A stretch of DNA of 64,000 nucleotides from an uncultured Candidatus Saccharibacteria bacterium (GTDB taxonomy: Bacteria > Patescibacteriota > Minisyncoccia > UBA6257 > Colwellbacteraceae). Where the stretch lies: positions 73,049 through 137,048 of the forward strand of contig CAZXPC010000002.1 in assembly GCA_964643135.1 (NCBI GenBank), given 5' to 3'. Of this stretch, positions 1 to 9,304 are shown one piece after another. Below the pieces are notes generated by a model. It worked only from the letters and a program-made list of their open reading frames with translations, was not told the origin of the DNA and made no database searches. How positions within the stretch are numbered: position 1 is the stretch's first letter; every line of letters begins with the position of its first letter. A program made the translations under genes and the position numbers.

Positions 1-10
1 ACCCCAGCAT

Positions 11-1150
11 ATGAAACTAAATAAAACATATCTTGGTTTTTCTTCAGCATTCTTGTTATTAGTTATAGGTTATCTGTTCTCAGTTTCCGCAGTCCTGGCC
101 GCCCCCACCCAAAACCCTCCCAATGGCGGAGTGATCCAGATAACCCCTTCAGCTACCGTCACCCCTCTCGTCATCAATGCCGCTACCGGAGCCATCACAA
201 CCGGTATTTGGAACGGCACTCCCGTTAGCCTCATCTATGGCGGCACTGGCCGAGCTATCACCGACTCTGCGAGCAAGACCGCCTTCAGAAACGATGTCCT
301 AGCCGCCCAAGGCAACGGCCAGAATGATGATATTACCGCCTTCTCTATCCTTAACAGCATCACGAGTAACACTTCTTTAGCCCTGAATGCCGGAGGCTCC
401 AACCAAAACATCACCCTGACTCCATCGGGGACGGGCTATACCATTCTGAATGGCAAGGTGGGAATTGGGATTGCGATTCCGCTGTCTACCCTTCATGTTA
501 GATCTTCAGGGAATGCCTTTGAAAGACTAGACGCAGATACGGGCGGCTATGCCGGCCTACAATTTAATACCGGTTCGACGGTAAACTGGACTATTCAACG
601 GCCGCCTAGCACAACCGACTTGAGGTTCAACGATGGTTCGGCGGATCGGCTAACGCTGAAGAACGGCGGCAACATTACCATTGCAGGCACGCTCGATTTG
701 GGTGCGAATAAAATTACCAACGTAGCTGCTCCGACGGCTAGTTCTGATGCTGCAACTAAAGGCTATGTTGATGCCGCGGCTGGAGGATGTAGCGGTTCTC
801 CAAAGGCTACCAACGACACTAGCCCATGGAATTATACTGGCGTTCTGGCAAACCTAACCGCATATGGTCCTTACGCCAGCCTATCTCCAGCTTTCAGCCA
901 AAACGGCTGTGTTTTTGGAGTATCAGTCTGGAACAAAAGCGGCACAAGTACGTCAATGAGTCTCGAGCTTTCAGTCGATGATGCCTCGAACACAGTGATA
1001 GCAGTAATTCCAATAGCATCATACACTGGTACTACACAGTATGTTTATTTCCCTCCCGTTCAAGTTGCCAGCGGACGCACTGTGCGTGGGCGCCTAGCTA
1101 CACATGATAATGCCCCCACTATTGATTTATCACTGCTCATGGATCGATAA
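11..1150 (+). CDS. Secreted protein with a phage tail-fibre-like motif
   Basis: N-terminal signal peptide (…FSVSAVLAAP…). Thr/Gly/Ser/Asn-rich. Contains LDLGANKITNVAAPTASSDAATKGYVD, the conserved motif found in phage tail fibres and CPR surface fibres. Confidence 0.5.
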   Translation: MKLNKTYLGFSSAFLLLVIGYLFSVSAVLAAPTQNPPNGGVIQITPSATVTPLVINAATGAITTGIWNGTPVSLIYGGTGRAITDSASKTAFRNDVLAAQGNGQNDDITAFSILNSITSNTSLALNAGGSNQNITLTPSGTGYTILNGKVGIGIAIPLSTLHVRSSGNAFERLDADTGGYAGLQFNTGSTVNWTIQRPPSTTDLRFNDGSADRLTLKNGGNITIAGTLDLGANKITNVAAPTASSDAATKGYVDAAAGGCSGSPKATNDTSPWNYTGVLANLTAYGPYASLSPAFSQNGCVFGVSVWNKSGTSTSMSLELSVDDASNTVIAVIPIASYTGTTQYVYFPPVQVASGRTVRGRLATHDNAPTIDLSLLMDR

Positions 1151-1215
1151 GGTAGGGTCAGGCCAGAATCTTCAAACTACGAATTTGCCTCTATTTGTGA
1201 GATAATCTCATAAAT

Positions 1216-2271
1216 ATGGACATCTTGTTTTTAGCCTTGATACTTGTTGCTGTTGTCGTCGGCTTCGGCGCGCTGTTTTTATATATCAAAAAGAATTCTC
1301 GGCCGGTTGAAACAGGGAAGGATAGTTTTCTGATGCTTCAGAACCAAATTAATGATTTGAACCGGGCGATGGAGGCCCGTATGCACGAATCGAATCGGAC
1401 TCTTAGAGAGCAGTCCAGCGAAAGCAATAAAACTGTCCGCGATGTTATCGAAAAGCTCACTAGGCTTGAGGAGACCAATAAGCAGGTTGTCGGTTTTGCC
1501 GATCAGCTTAAGTCTCTTCAGGATATTTTGAAAAACCCGAAACAGAGGGGAGTTCTCGGCGAATATTATTTGGAAACTTTATTGAAGAATGTCCTCCCGC
1601 CGGGCATCTATCAAATGCAATATCCGTTTAAGGACGGCGCGATCGTTGACGCGGTTGTGTTTGTTGGCAAGAAGCCGAATGAGAAAATAATTCCCATTGA
1701 CTCAAAGTTTTCGCTCGAAAATTATAATCGGCTCATCGAAGCCAGGGATCCGTCCGAAAAGGACCGCCTCGAGAAACTTTTTGTCAGCGACCTTAAGAAC
1801 CGAATTGTCGAGACATCAAAATATATCCGTCCTGAAGAGGGAACGACAGATTTTGCCTTTATGTTTATTCCGCATGAAGCGATTTATTATGATTTGCTTA
1901 TTAACAAAGTCGGAGCAGTTACCGAAGACACCGAGAATCTTATCCAGCGCGCCGCCGGGAAATACAAAGTATTAATTGTTTCGCCGACATCCTTCTTGGC
2001 TTATCTCCAAACTGTGCTTCAAGGCTTGAGAGCGGTCAAAATAGAAGAATCAGCCAAGGAAATAATTAAGCAAGTCGAGAATTTAGGCAAACACCTGAAA
2101 GGTTACGAAGACTACCACAACAAGTTGGGAAAGAACCTGGACACAGTAGTCAATCAATACAATCTTTCCGGCAATGAATTTAAAAAAATAGGCAAAGACG
2201 TTTTGAAGATCAGCGAATTCGCGATGAATGTCGAGCCGTTAGAGGTTGCGGGTCCAAAAAACGAAGAATAA
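1216..2271 (+). CDS. rmuC: RmuC-family DNA recombination protein (membrane-anchored, coiled-coil)
   Basis: Single N-terminal TM helix, a long coiled coil, and a C-terminal region with FAFMFIPHEAIYYDLL resembling the RmuC nuclease-like core. Confidence 0.5.
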   Translation: MDILFLALILVAVVVGFGALFLYIKKNSRPVETGKDSFLMLQNQINDLNRAMEARMHESNRTLREQSSESNKTVRDVIEKLTRLEETNKQVVGFADQLKSLQDILKNPKQRGVLGEYYLETLLKNVLPPGIYQMQYPFKDGAIVDAVVFVGKKPNEKIIPIDSKFSLENYNRLIEARDPSEKDRLEKLFVSDLKNRIVETSKYIRPEEGTTDFAFMFIPHEAIYYDLLINKVGAVTEDTENLIQRAAGKYKVLIVSPTSFLAYLQTVLQGLRAVKIEESAKEIIKQVENLGKHLKGYEDYHNKLGKNLDTVVNQYNLSGNEFKKIGKDVLKISEFAMNVEPLEVAGPKNEE

Positions 2272-2321
2272 TTAAATAAACCAAAGTCACCTCTATTGAC
2301 GATCGTTAATGTAGGCGACAT

Positions 2322-2993
2322 TTGAGAAAAATGAATGAGGAGTTGTTAAAAAATAAGTGGTCTGAGTTTCGTCGCCGGGCAGCGCTTTTTAACCATATTC
2401 CTTTTATTGATTTTGTCATGGCCGCTGGCTCGATGGCGATGGGGACGGCGAAGGAATCGTCTGATTTTGATGTGATCGTGGGCGTCCGCGCCGGCCGCAT
2501 GTTCACCGTAAGAATCTTGTCGGTGCTATTTTTTAATTTGGCTGGTTGGAGGAGGAATAAAGATGACAGCAAAGACAAGAATGAGTCGAAAGATAAAATT
2601 TGTCTCAGCCATTTTGTAACCCCGGCGAGCTACCGCCTCACTCCGCCGCACAATTCATATTGGGTAAAACTCTACCAGTCGCTGGTGCCGCTTGTCGGTA
2701 GCGCCGATAAAATAGGAGAATTTTTTGCGGCGAATGAAGACTGGGCTGCTCCTATGCCGAAATACAACGGCGGCGATCTCCGCAACCCTTCATTCATAAG
2801 AGCAGTCTTAGAGCTCATTCTCGGCGGCCGCTTCGGCGACTGGGCCGAGAAAAAATTTAAAGCTTATCAAATAAAGCGAGTGGAGCGCGGAATGGCCGAA
2901 ACGCCAACTTTCAAGCCGCGCATAATCTATTCGGATATTGAATTGGAATTCCATCCCCACACCAAAAGAATTGAGGAGATGATCTCGCGTTGA
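2322..2993 (+). CDS. Pol-beta-superfamily nucleotidyltransferase-domain protein
   Basis: N-terminal GS…D.D motif (AAGSMAMGTAKESSDFDVIVGV), as in KNTase/AadA-like nucleotidyltransferases. C-terminal ~120 aa not assigned. Confidence 0.5.
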   Translation: MRKMNEELLKNKWSEFRRRAALFNHIPFIDFVMAAGSMAMGTAKESSDFDVIVGVRAGRMFTVRILSVLFFNLAGWRRNKDDSKDKNESKDKICLSHFVTPASYRLTPPHNSYWVKLYQSLVPLVGSADKIGEFFAANEDWAAPMPKYNGGDLRNPSFIRAVLELILGGRFGDWAEKKFKAYQIKRVERGMAETPTFKPRIIYSDIELEFHPHTKRIEEMISR

Positions 2994-3027
2994 CTTTCAT
3001 CAGTAATTCCGATAGTTTTTAACAGAG

Positions 3028-3441
3028 TTGATCCTCGTGGTATTTGAGCACATGCCTGTTCTCATCCCCGTAGCAGGAAAGACGCCGCCGGAAGCGCATG
3101 CTCTTTTTAGAAAAGCCGGTCTTCGAAAGGGGACGCCTGAAGAGATCATGGTATTTCTGCAAGCCAACCCAGAGCTCGGACCGATTAGGATTGTCTGGCC
3201 AAAGTGGTACGGCAGTCCGAACGGCTTCGAGATCCTGAGCTCCGTGTATGGGCTTGTCTCGGGAAGGGTAGACAACAAGTGGGCGTACAATCAGGTTACC
3301 CAGATCAGAGCTGGAGTCTTCATACTGGGTTTCAAGTCCGTCCGTGTTCGGACAAGGAAGAAGAAGCTCGCCAAGCCCAAGTCCGTGAGAATGGGCTTGC
3401 GTTGCGATGACGATGCTCTGGCCGCCATAGACAGGTCCTAA
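3028..3441 (+). CDS. Hypothetical protein in a GC-rich island
   Basis: 137-aa ORF in a locally GC-rich stretch (~55%+). An intrinsic terminator follows. Overlapping ORFs on both strands make the strand call ambiguous. Confidence 0.3.
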   Translation: MILVVFEHMPVLIPVAGKTPPEAHALFRKAGLRKGTPEEIMVFLQANPELGPIRIVWPKWYGSPNGFEILSSVYGLVSGRVDNKWAYNQVTQIRAGVFILGFKSVRVRTRKKKLAKPKSVRMGLRCDDDALAAIDRS

Positions 3442-3454
3442 GTCTCTCGTCCCC

Positions 3455-3486
3455 CCTCGGTCCCGTGATCGAGGCTTTTTCTTTTC
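3455..3486 (+). terminator. Rho-independent terminator (5-bp GC stem CCTCG/CGAGG plus T-run CTTTTTCTTTTC)
   Basis: Hairpin followed by a T-tract directly after ORF 3028..3441 and before the SMC gene. Confidence 0.4.
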
Positions 3487-3516
3487 AACTAATTCTCTAT
3501 ATAATAACTCTATACT

Positions 3517-5712
3517 ATGTTGCTGAAATCACTGGAATTGCAGGGGTTCAAGTCATTTGCTGATAAAACAGTTTTGGACTTAAGTTCTGACATCACGGGC
3601 ATCGTTGGCCCGAACGGTTCGGGCAAATCGAACGTGACGGACGCGATCCGCTGGCTTTTGGGTGAGCGCGATGCCCGCAACTTGCGTGGCGGCAAAGTTG
3701 AGGACCTGATTTTTGCGGGCACTGAAAAAAAGCCCCGCTCGGGCCAAGCGCAGGCGACTTTAACTTTTGATAATTCGACTAAGTTTTTCCCAGTTGATTA
3801 CAACGAGGTCTCGATTTCCCGCAAAGTAACGCGTGACGGCGATTCGCTTTTTTATATCAATAAAGCCGAAGTGCGCCTGAAAGACGTGATCGATTTTTTT
3901 GCCAAAGCTAAACTCGGTGCGCGCGGGCTAACAATCATTACTCAAGGCTCAAGCGATTTATTTATCCGCTCGACGCCGGTGGAGAGAAAAGAGATGATCG
4001 AAGAGATTTTGGGTCTCAAGGAATATCAGATCAAAAAGAACGACTCGATACGTAAACTTAAGAATTCCAATATCAATTTAGAGACGGTTAACGCTTCGCT
4101 TCAGGAGCTGAAGCCTCATCTGAGATTCTTAAAGCGCCAGGTTTCGCGGTACGAAGAGCGCGACACCATGGCCACCGAACTAAAAAGTTTGGAAGACGGT
4201 TTCTATGGCCGCAAGTTTAAGTTTTTGAAAACAGATTCAGTAAATTTCAAGTCGCAGCTGGAGCGGATTGAGAAGATAATCATCGATGAGCAAAAGCTGT
4301 ATCAAGAGCTGGAAGCAAAACTGGCCGAGGTCAAGAAAACTGAACCGGAGAGCGCCGGCGACTTTAAAGCGCTCGAGCATGATCGGACGGCATTGCTTGT
4401 GAAACGCGCCGAGATTCAGCGCGAACTGGGCAAATTAGAGGCTCGTATCGAGTTTGAGATGGAGGCCGAAGTCGCCAAAAGCGTAGATGCTTTAGAAACC
4501 TTGAAAGAGCTAAGAGCAATCGCTGAGGATATACAATATGAGTCAGACGTGGCCAAGCTTAAGATTAAAATTGACGAAATGCTTGTTAAGATCGATGAGG
4601 TTTTTAATGGCCCCAAGGCTCCGTCCAAAGCCAAAAAAGAAATGAGCCCCGAGCTAAAAGAGCTGGAAAAAGGGCTGGGGACGCAGTTAAAGGGATTGGA
4701 TGCTGAAATAAAAGAATTGGCGCTCAAAGAAGAGCAGGTGCGGAGCGGGCTAAGCGGGTTCAATAAGCTTTTTAGCGAGAGCTACGAGCGGGCTGAGAGC
4801 CAGCGGAAAAAAGTAGACGGGCTCGCGGCCGACAAAAATAGATTGCAATTCGAAATTGAGAAAGTTGAACTAAAAATCAGCAACCTCAAAGAAGAAATCA
4901 TGCAGGCCGGGCGAACTCTGGAGTCTTTGGACGACGCCGGTTCAAAAGATTTGCCGAGCGGTATGGGTGATGATGAAATTATGCGCCGGATGTTTAAGCT
5001 GCGCGGCGAATTGGCCGGCATTGGCGAGATCGATCAAAATTTGGTTAAGGATGCGAAGGAGACCGAAGAAAGGTTTAATTTCCAAACTCAGCAGGTGGCC
5101 GACTTGGAAACGGCTATCAAGGATTTGAAAGTATTGATCAAGGATTTGGATCAAAAAATCCATTATGATTTTACCGAGGCGATTAAAACTATTAACGAGG
5201 AATTTATTAAATTGATTCGCATGACCTTCGGCGGGGGAACGGCGAAATTGGTCATCAAAAAAATTGAAACGAAGAGCGAAATTGAGGAGGTAGAGGAGGA
5301 GCAAGAGGGCGCGAAAAATAAGTCGGAGGAACTGGTCCCCGAGGAAAAAGAAGCAGCGCAGGGAATTGAAGTTGAGTTAAATCTGCCCAAAAAAAGGATC
5401 AAGGGCTTGGATGTTTTGTCCGGCGGAGAAAGAACTCTGGTTTCGGTAGCGGTCTTGTTCTCGCTGATTTCGGTCTCGCCGCCGCCGTTTCTAGTTTTAG
5501 ACGAAGTTGATGCGGCGCTCGATGAAGCGAACGCGCGCCGCTGCAGCGAAATATTAAAAGAATTTTCTAAAAAATCGCAGTTTATTGTGGTGACCCACAA
5601 CCGGGCGACGATGGAGGTAGCGAACGTGCTCTACGGAGTCACTATGCAAAACGACGGCACTTCTCGTCTTTTGTCTCTTAAATTGGAAGACGCCGATAAG
5701 GTTATTGCCTGA
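3517..5712 (+). CDS. smc: SMC-family chromosome segregation ATPase, short and hinge-less
   Basis: N-terminus MLLKSLELQGFKSFADK…GPNGSGKSNVTDAIRWLLGE (Walker A). C-terminus LSGGERTLVSVAVLFSLI…LVLDEVDAALDE (signature and Walker B), then …YGVTMQNDGTSRL. Central region is coiled-coil with no Gly-rich hinge. Only 731 aa. Confidence 0.7.
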   Translation: MLLKSLELQGFKSFADKTVLDLSSDITGIVGPNGSGKSNVTDAIRWLLGERDARNLRGGKVEDLIFAGTEKKPRSGQAQATLTFDNSTKFFPVDYNEVSISRKVTRDGDSLFYINKAEVRLKDVIDFFAKAKLGARGLTIITQGSSDLFIRSTPVERKEMIEEILGLKEYQIKKNDSIRKLKNSNINLETVNASLQELKPHLRFLKRQVSRYEERDTMATELKSLEDGFYGRKFKFLKTDSVNFKSQLERIEKIIIDEQKLYQELEAKLAEVKKTEPESAGDFKALEHDRTALLVKRAEIQRELGKLEARIEFEMEAEVAKSVDALETLKELRAIAEDIQYESDVAKLKIKIDEMLVKIDEVFNGPKAPSKAKKEMSPELKELEKGLGTQLKGLDAEIKELALKEEQVRSGLSGFNKLFSESYERAESQRKKVDGLAADKNRLQFEIEKVELKISNLKEEIMQAGRTLESLDDAGSKDLPSGMGDDEIMRRMFKLRGELAGIGEIDQNLVKDAKETEERFNFQTQQVADLETAIKDLKVLIKDLDQKIHYDFTEAIKTINEEFIKLIRMTFGGGTAKLVIKKIETKSEIEEVEEEQEGAKNKSEELVPEEKEAAQGIEVELNLPKKRIKGLDVLSGGERTLVSVAVLFSLISVSPPPFLVLDEVDAALDEANARRCSEILKEFSKKSQFIVVTHNRATMEVANVLYGVTMQNDGTSRLLSLKLEDADKVIA

Positions 5713-5782
5713 TTGACTCTTCGTGCCTTTCACGGTATAAAGAAGATGATCGCAGAGGGTCGTAAGACTTTTCTGCGTATGG

Positions 5783-6139
5783 ATGAGGGAACCGTACATG
5801 AGTGAAGAGCTTCGTGAATATCTGAAGGGGTGTGCGCAAGAACTCCAGGCCAGTTATCGCGGCTACGAGAAGCGGAAGCAAAGCTCGGCCGGGACGGCGG
5901 GTGAACATGTGGCCAAGTTCGAAGCAACGGTCTTGATGCTCGCAGCCATGGTCGACCACGGCGAGATCACTCTCGAGGAACTCGCTTTGGAAGGCGGACT
6001 GCTCTTGGACCTGCAAGGCAAGCTCAAGGGTCGACGGACCAAGGCCGAGCGCGCGATCGAGAGCGAGCGTCAAGAACTCGCGATCGTTGCGTTGGCGCAG
6101 ACGCTCTCTTCGGAGGAGCGGCTCTCGACGCAGTGGTAG
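5783..6139 (+). CDS. Hypothetical protein in a GC-rich island
   Basis: 118-aa ORF, local GC ~58%, followed by a clear intrinsic terminator. An antisense ORF overlaps it. Confidence 0.35.
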   Translation: MREPYMSEELREYLKGCAQELQASYRGYEKRKQSSAGTAGEHVAKFEATVLMLAAMVDHGEITLEELALEGGLLLDLQGKLKGRRTKAERAIESERQELAIVALAQTLSSEERLSTQW

Positions 6140-6145
6140 TGCTCT

Positions 6146-6190
6146 CACGGCTGCCTAGTTAGCCAGACTGGTCAGCCGTGTTTTATTTTT
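6146..6190 (+). terminator. Rho-independent terminator (CACGGCTG…CAGCCGTG plus TTTTATTTTT)
   Basis: 8-bp stem followed by a T-run. Confidence 0.55.
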
Positions 6191-6214
6191 GAATTATTAT
6201 GGTTTAATTAGGCT

Positions 6215-6829
6215 ATGGAAAGACTACCAAATAGAGAAAACCCAGGAATTCCGCATGATGTTGTGGTTAGGCCGGAAGAGGTTGTAGTTACTGCCAAGGT
6301 ACGAAACGGTGGCGACATCGAAGACGTAAACACTGCTGTCTACGAGGACTCCGGCGTGCAAAAGCTAAGAGTAAAAATCATACGCGAAAACGCCATCGAC
6401 AGTTTTGTGGCCGAGATGCCCGTAAAGGTCGCCGCGGGCACGAGGAACATTGAGACAAACTTTACCGATGATGGGATTGAGATAAGGGTTAGGAGAACTG
6501 GAGAGAGTGTGAAGATACTAAAGGATTTACCAGCCATCGAACCGAAAGATACTCTTTCGCCGCTGATTGCGCGAGATTTGGACCGAAATGGGTTTGTGTT
6601 CGATGTTGATCTGCATATGGTCGGTAACCCCGATGTTGAGATAACGCCCCGCAAGGAAGAAGGGACCGGCAAAGATTTAATTGATGTTAGAATCTCGATT
6701 GACAACGGAGAGTCGACGCTTCAGACTTTCCGGTTTCCGCTGCCCATTGACGTTGCGAGAATTAAGAAGAATACGAATAACGGCCAGCTCGAAGTTTTTT
6801 TCCCGATAAAGGTTGACAATAACGGATAA
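6215..6829 (+). CDS. Hypothetical protein, possibly Hsp20/alpha-crystallin-like with two beta-sandwich repeats
   Basis: Two internal repeats. C-terminal GQLEVFFPIKV resembles the Hsp20 C-terminal strand. Weak. Confidence 0.3.
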   Translation: MERLPNRENPGIPHDVVVRPEEVVVTAKVRNGGDIEDVNTAVYEDSGVQKLRVKIIRENAIDSFVAEMPVKVAAGTRNIETNFTDDGIEIRVRRTGESVKILKDLPAIEPKDTLSPLIARDLDRNGFVFDVDLHMVGNPDVEITPRKEEGTGKDLIDVRISIDNGESTLQTFRFPLPIDVARIKKNTNNGQLEVFFPIKVDNNG

Positions 6830-6859
6830 TCCTTTATTATCTTAAGCACACAAAAACAC

Positions 6860-7201
6860 ATGTTAGCTATCAAATTACAAGGAGCCGGCAAGAAGCATCA
6901 GCGGTCTTTTCGTTTTGTCGTTCAGGAAAGGCGCTCAAAGCTCGTCGGCAAGTCGATTGAAGACTTGGGCTGGTATAACCCCCACACCAATAAGTCAGAG
7001 ATCAACAAAGACCGGGCCGCTCACTGGATCAAAGTTGGCGCCAAGCCGACTATGACCGTGGCTCAGATTTTTAAGAAAAACAAAATCTCTTTACCGAAGG
7101 GTTTGAAGACATCAAAAACATACGCATTGAAGAAGTCTGAAGAGCCGGCCAAGGCCGCTCCAGCTGCCGCGCCAGCGGCTGAAGCTCCGGCCGCCGCCTA
7201 G
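6860..7201 (+). CDS. rpsP: 30S ribosomal protein S16
   Basis: MLAIKLQGAGKKHQRSFRFVV…GWYNP…HWIKVGAKPT matches the S16 consensus. An Ala/Pro-rich tail follows. Confidence 0.85.
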   Translation: MLAIKLQGAGKKHQRSFRFVVQERRSKLVGKSIEDLGWYNPHTNKSEINKDRAAHWIKVGAKPTMTVAQIFKKNKISLPKGLKTSKTYALKKSEEPAKAAPAAAPAAEAPAAA

Positions 7202-7293
7202 TTCTCTCTAAGATCGCCGCCGCAATTCAGATATTGTATAATCAGAGTTGATCAGAAAGGTCGAAAGAATAACAGATAATCCTAAAACGAAAG

Positions 7294-7653
7294 ATGTCAG
7301 AATTCGCTGATGAGAAGTTTCTAGAATTTGTTGTTAAGAACATTGTCGACAACCCGAATGATGTCAAAATCAACCGTGTTGTGGACGAAATGGGTGTGCT
7401 CTTGTCTTTGACCGTTAACGCTAAAGACATGGGCCAGGTGGTCGGTCGCGAAGGCAATACCGCCAAGGCTATTCGTTCATTGCTCCGTATAGTTGGTATC
7501 AAGCACAACGCTCGCATCAACCTGAAGATCGAGGAACCCGAGGGAGGAAGAATGAGCGGTACGCCGGCAGGCCAAGCGCCTGCTGAAGCCGCTCCACGCG
7601 CACCAAGAATGGGTGCTATGGACAAAGTGATCGACGATATTAAAGGAATGTAG
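7294..7653 (+). CDS. KH-domain RNA-binding protein (YlqC/UPF0109-like)
   Basis: VGREGNTAKAIRSLLRIVG (KH GxxG-type core). Sits in the conserved position after rpsP. Confidence 0.7.
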   Translation: MSEFADEKFLEFVVKNIVDNPNDVKINRVVDEMGVLLSLTVNAKDMGQVVGREGNTAKAIRSLLRIVGIKHNARINLKIEEPEGGRMSGTPAGQAPAEAAPRAPRMGAMDKVIDDIKGM

Positions 7654-7740
7654 AAACCAAGACCCGCCGGAAGGCGGGTCTTGAATTTGATAAGCTAGAA
7701 TCCTGTGATAACCTAAAGTTGTACAGATTCCATACTAAAC

Positions 7741-8058
7741 ATGGCTAATCAATCTATTTTTACAAAAGAGATGGGATTGTTCGCGATAGGTTTTTTTGCC
7801 GTAATCTTAATCTTGGCGTGGGGTATCATTATCCTGAGCCTGGGTTGTTATGGGTATAATTGTCTCGGGGCGGCATTAGCATTTTTCTGGGGCGCAATCC
7901 CAACATCAATATTAGGAGAAATTAGTTCGATCTTCGTCCTAATTGGCTCGAAGCAAGATAATATTACCAGAACTAAAGCCCTGTTCGCATCCATATTTTT
8001 TGGATTATTCATTCTTGTGTTTTTATTTTTCCTAATATCAGGAACTTCTCCTATTTAG
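7741..8058 (+). CDS. Small integral membrane protein (3 TM), hypothetical
   Basis: Hydrophobic 105-aa ORF occupying the slot where rimM normally sits. Confidence 0.35.
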   Translation: MANQSIFTKEMGLFAIGFFAVILILAWGIIILSLGCYGYNCLGAALAFFWGAIPTSILGEISSIFVLIGSKQDNITRTKALFASIFFGLFILVFLFFLISGTSPI

Positions 8059-8072
8059 CCTTATTCTTTTTA

Positions 8073-8747
8073 ATGCAATTTTACATCGTCACACTTTTTC
8101 CGGAAGTTATTGAGGCTTACACCAATGAGTCTATTATTGGTCGGGCGGTTAAAAATAAGCTGATCAAGGTTAAGACTGTTAATTTGCGCGAGTACGGAGA
8201 AGGTAAGCGGCGGAATGTTGATGAGCGCGCGTATGGCGGCGGGCCGGGGATGGTACTAAAGATTGGTCCGATATTAAAAGCGATCCAATATTTAACTAAA
8301 AGCTATAAGCTAAAAACTAAAAGCTCTAAAATTATTATTACTTCAGCTGGCGGGAAAACTTTTGATGACAAAATGGCGATCAATCTCTCAAAAAAGTTTA
8401 GAGATATTATAATTTTATGCGGTCACTACGAGGGGATTGATGAACGACTTAAGAAAATCCTGAAAGATCAGGGTTTCGCGGTGGAAGAGGTTTCGATAGG
8501 GGATTATGTTTTAACCGGCGGCGAATTGCCGGCGCTTGTTATGCTCGACTCGATTGCGCGGAAAATTCCTGGCGTTTTAGGCAAATTTGAATCGCTCGAG
8601 GAGAACCGCCTTGGCGCGGGCGTGCCGAGCTACACCCGGCCGGAAACTTTCAAATACAGAGGTGTCACCTATGCAGTTCCGAAAGTGCTGCTTTCGGGCC
8701 ACCATGCAGAAATTGAGAAGTGGAGAGCAAGCAAAAAGAAAATTTGA
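8073..8747 (+). CDS. trmD: tRNA (guanine37-N1)-methyltransferase TrmD
   Basis: MQFYIVTLFPE…YGGGPGMVLK…CGHYEGIDERL…LTGGELPALVMLDS. Classic SPOUT TrmD motifs. Confidence 0.9.
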   Translation: MQFYIVTLFPEVIEAYTNESIIGRAVKNKLIKVKTVNLREYGEGKRRNVDERAYGGGPGMVLKIGPILKAIQYLTKSYKLKTKSSKIIITSAGGKTFDDKMAINLSKKFRDIIILCGHYEGIDERLKKILKDQGFAVEEVSIGDYVLTGGELPALVMLDSIARKIPGVLGKFESLEENRLGAGVPSYTRPETFKYRGVTYAVPKVLLSGHHAEIEKWRASKKKI

Positions 8748-8792
8748 CGGAGTGGCGGGAAGACATATACTTTTAACGTTGGAGGAAAAAGC

Positions 8793-9119
8793 GTGTCTTC
8801 GCTAATCGCAGAAGCGCGATCTCCTCTCAATGTCGAGGGGATCATTCATTTCCCGGGCATAGGGAACACCTTCAATTACAAGGAGCTCCTGAAGCGCTAC
8901 CAACCTGTTTTTGAGGGCGATGCCGTTGTGATCATTGTCTTCGAAGATAACACGATGGTCCGTGCTGAAACCTTTGGTTTCCTCGTGTTGTCCATTCTGG
9001 GCAGTCATCAGCACCCGATCCGCGAGGTCCTGCGCATTCCTCTCCGCATCTGGGATAGTAAACCTATGCGCGAGATCGTGTCTAAGGTTATCATCCCGGA
9101 CCTCAGGGGGCCCATCTAG
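8793..9119 (+). CDS. Hypothetical protein in a GC-rich island (GTG start)
   Basis: GGAGG RBS upstream of a GTG start. A terminator hairpin follows at ~9138-9175. Confidence 0.3.
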   Translation: MSSLIAEARSPLNVEGIIHFPGIGNTFNYKELLKRYQPVFEGDAVVIIVFEDNTMVRAETFGFLVLSILGSHQHPIREVLRIPLRIWDSKPMREIVSKVIIPDLRGPI

Positions 9120-9304
9120 ACACTTAGACTCTTGCCATCGCTCCGCCGCTTGAATTGGCCGCGGAGCATTTTCTTACTTGAAAATAAAAAGGACCTAGTA
9201 TATGATTCTGGAACTAACTTATACCTTTTCTAGGTAGCCCCTGTGCTTTAACGGGAGGCGGTAAGTAAGTTTTTTATTAATCAAAACAAAAGTTAATTAT
9301 CAAC

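Noticed and set aside
1697-1975. 92-aa ORF nested in an alternative frame of the RmuC-like gene
   Set aside because: Entirely contained within a longer ORF that has domain-level support. No RBS or motif evidence.
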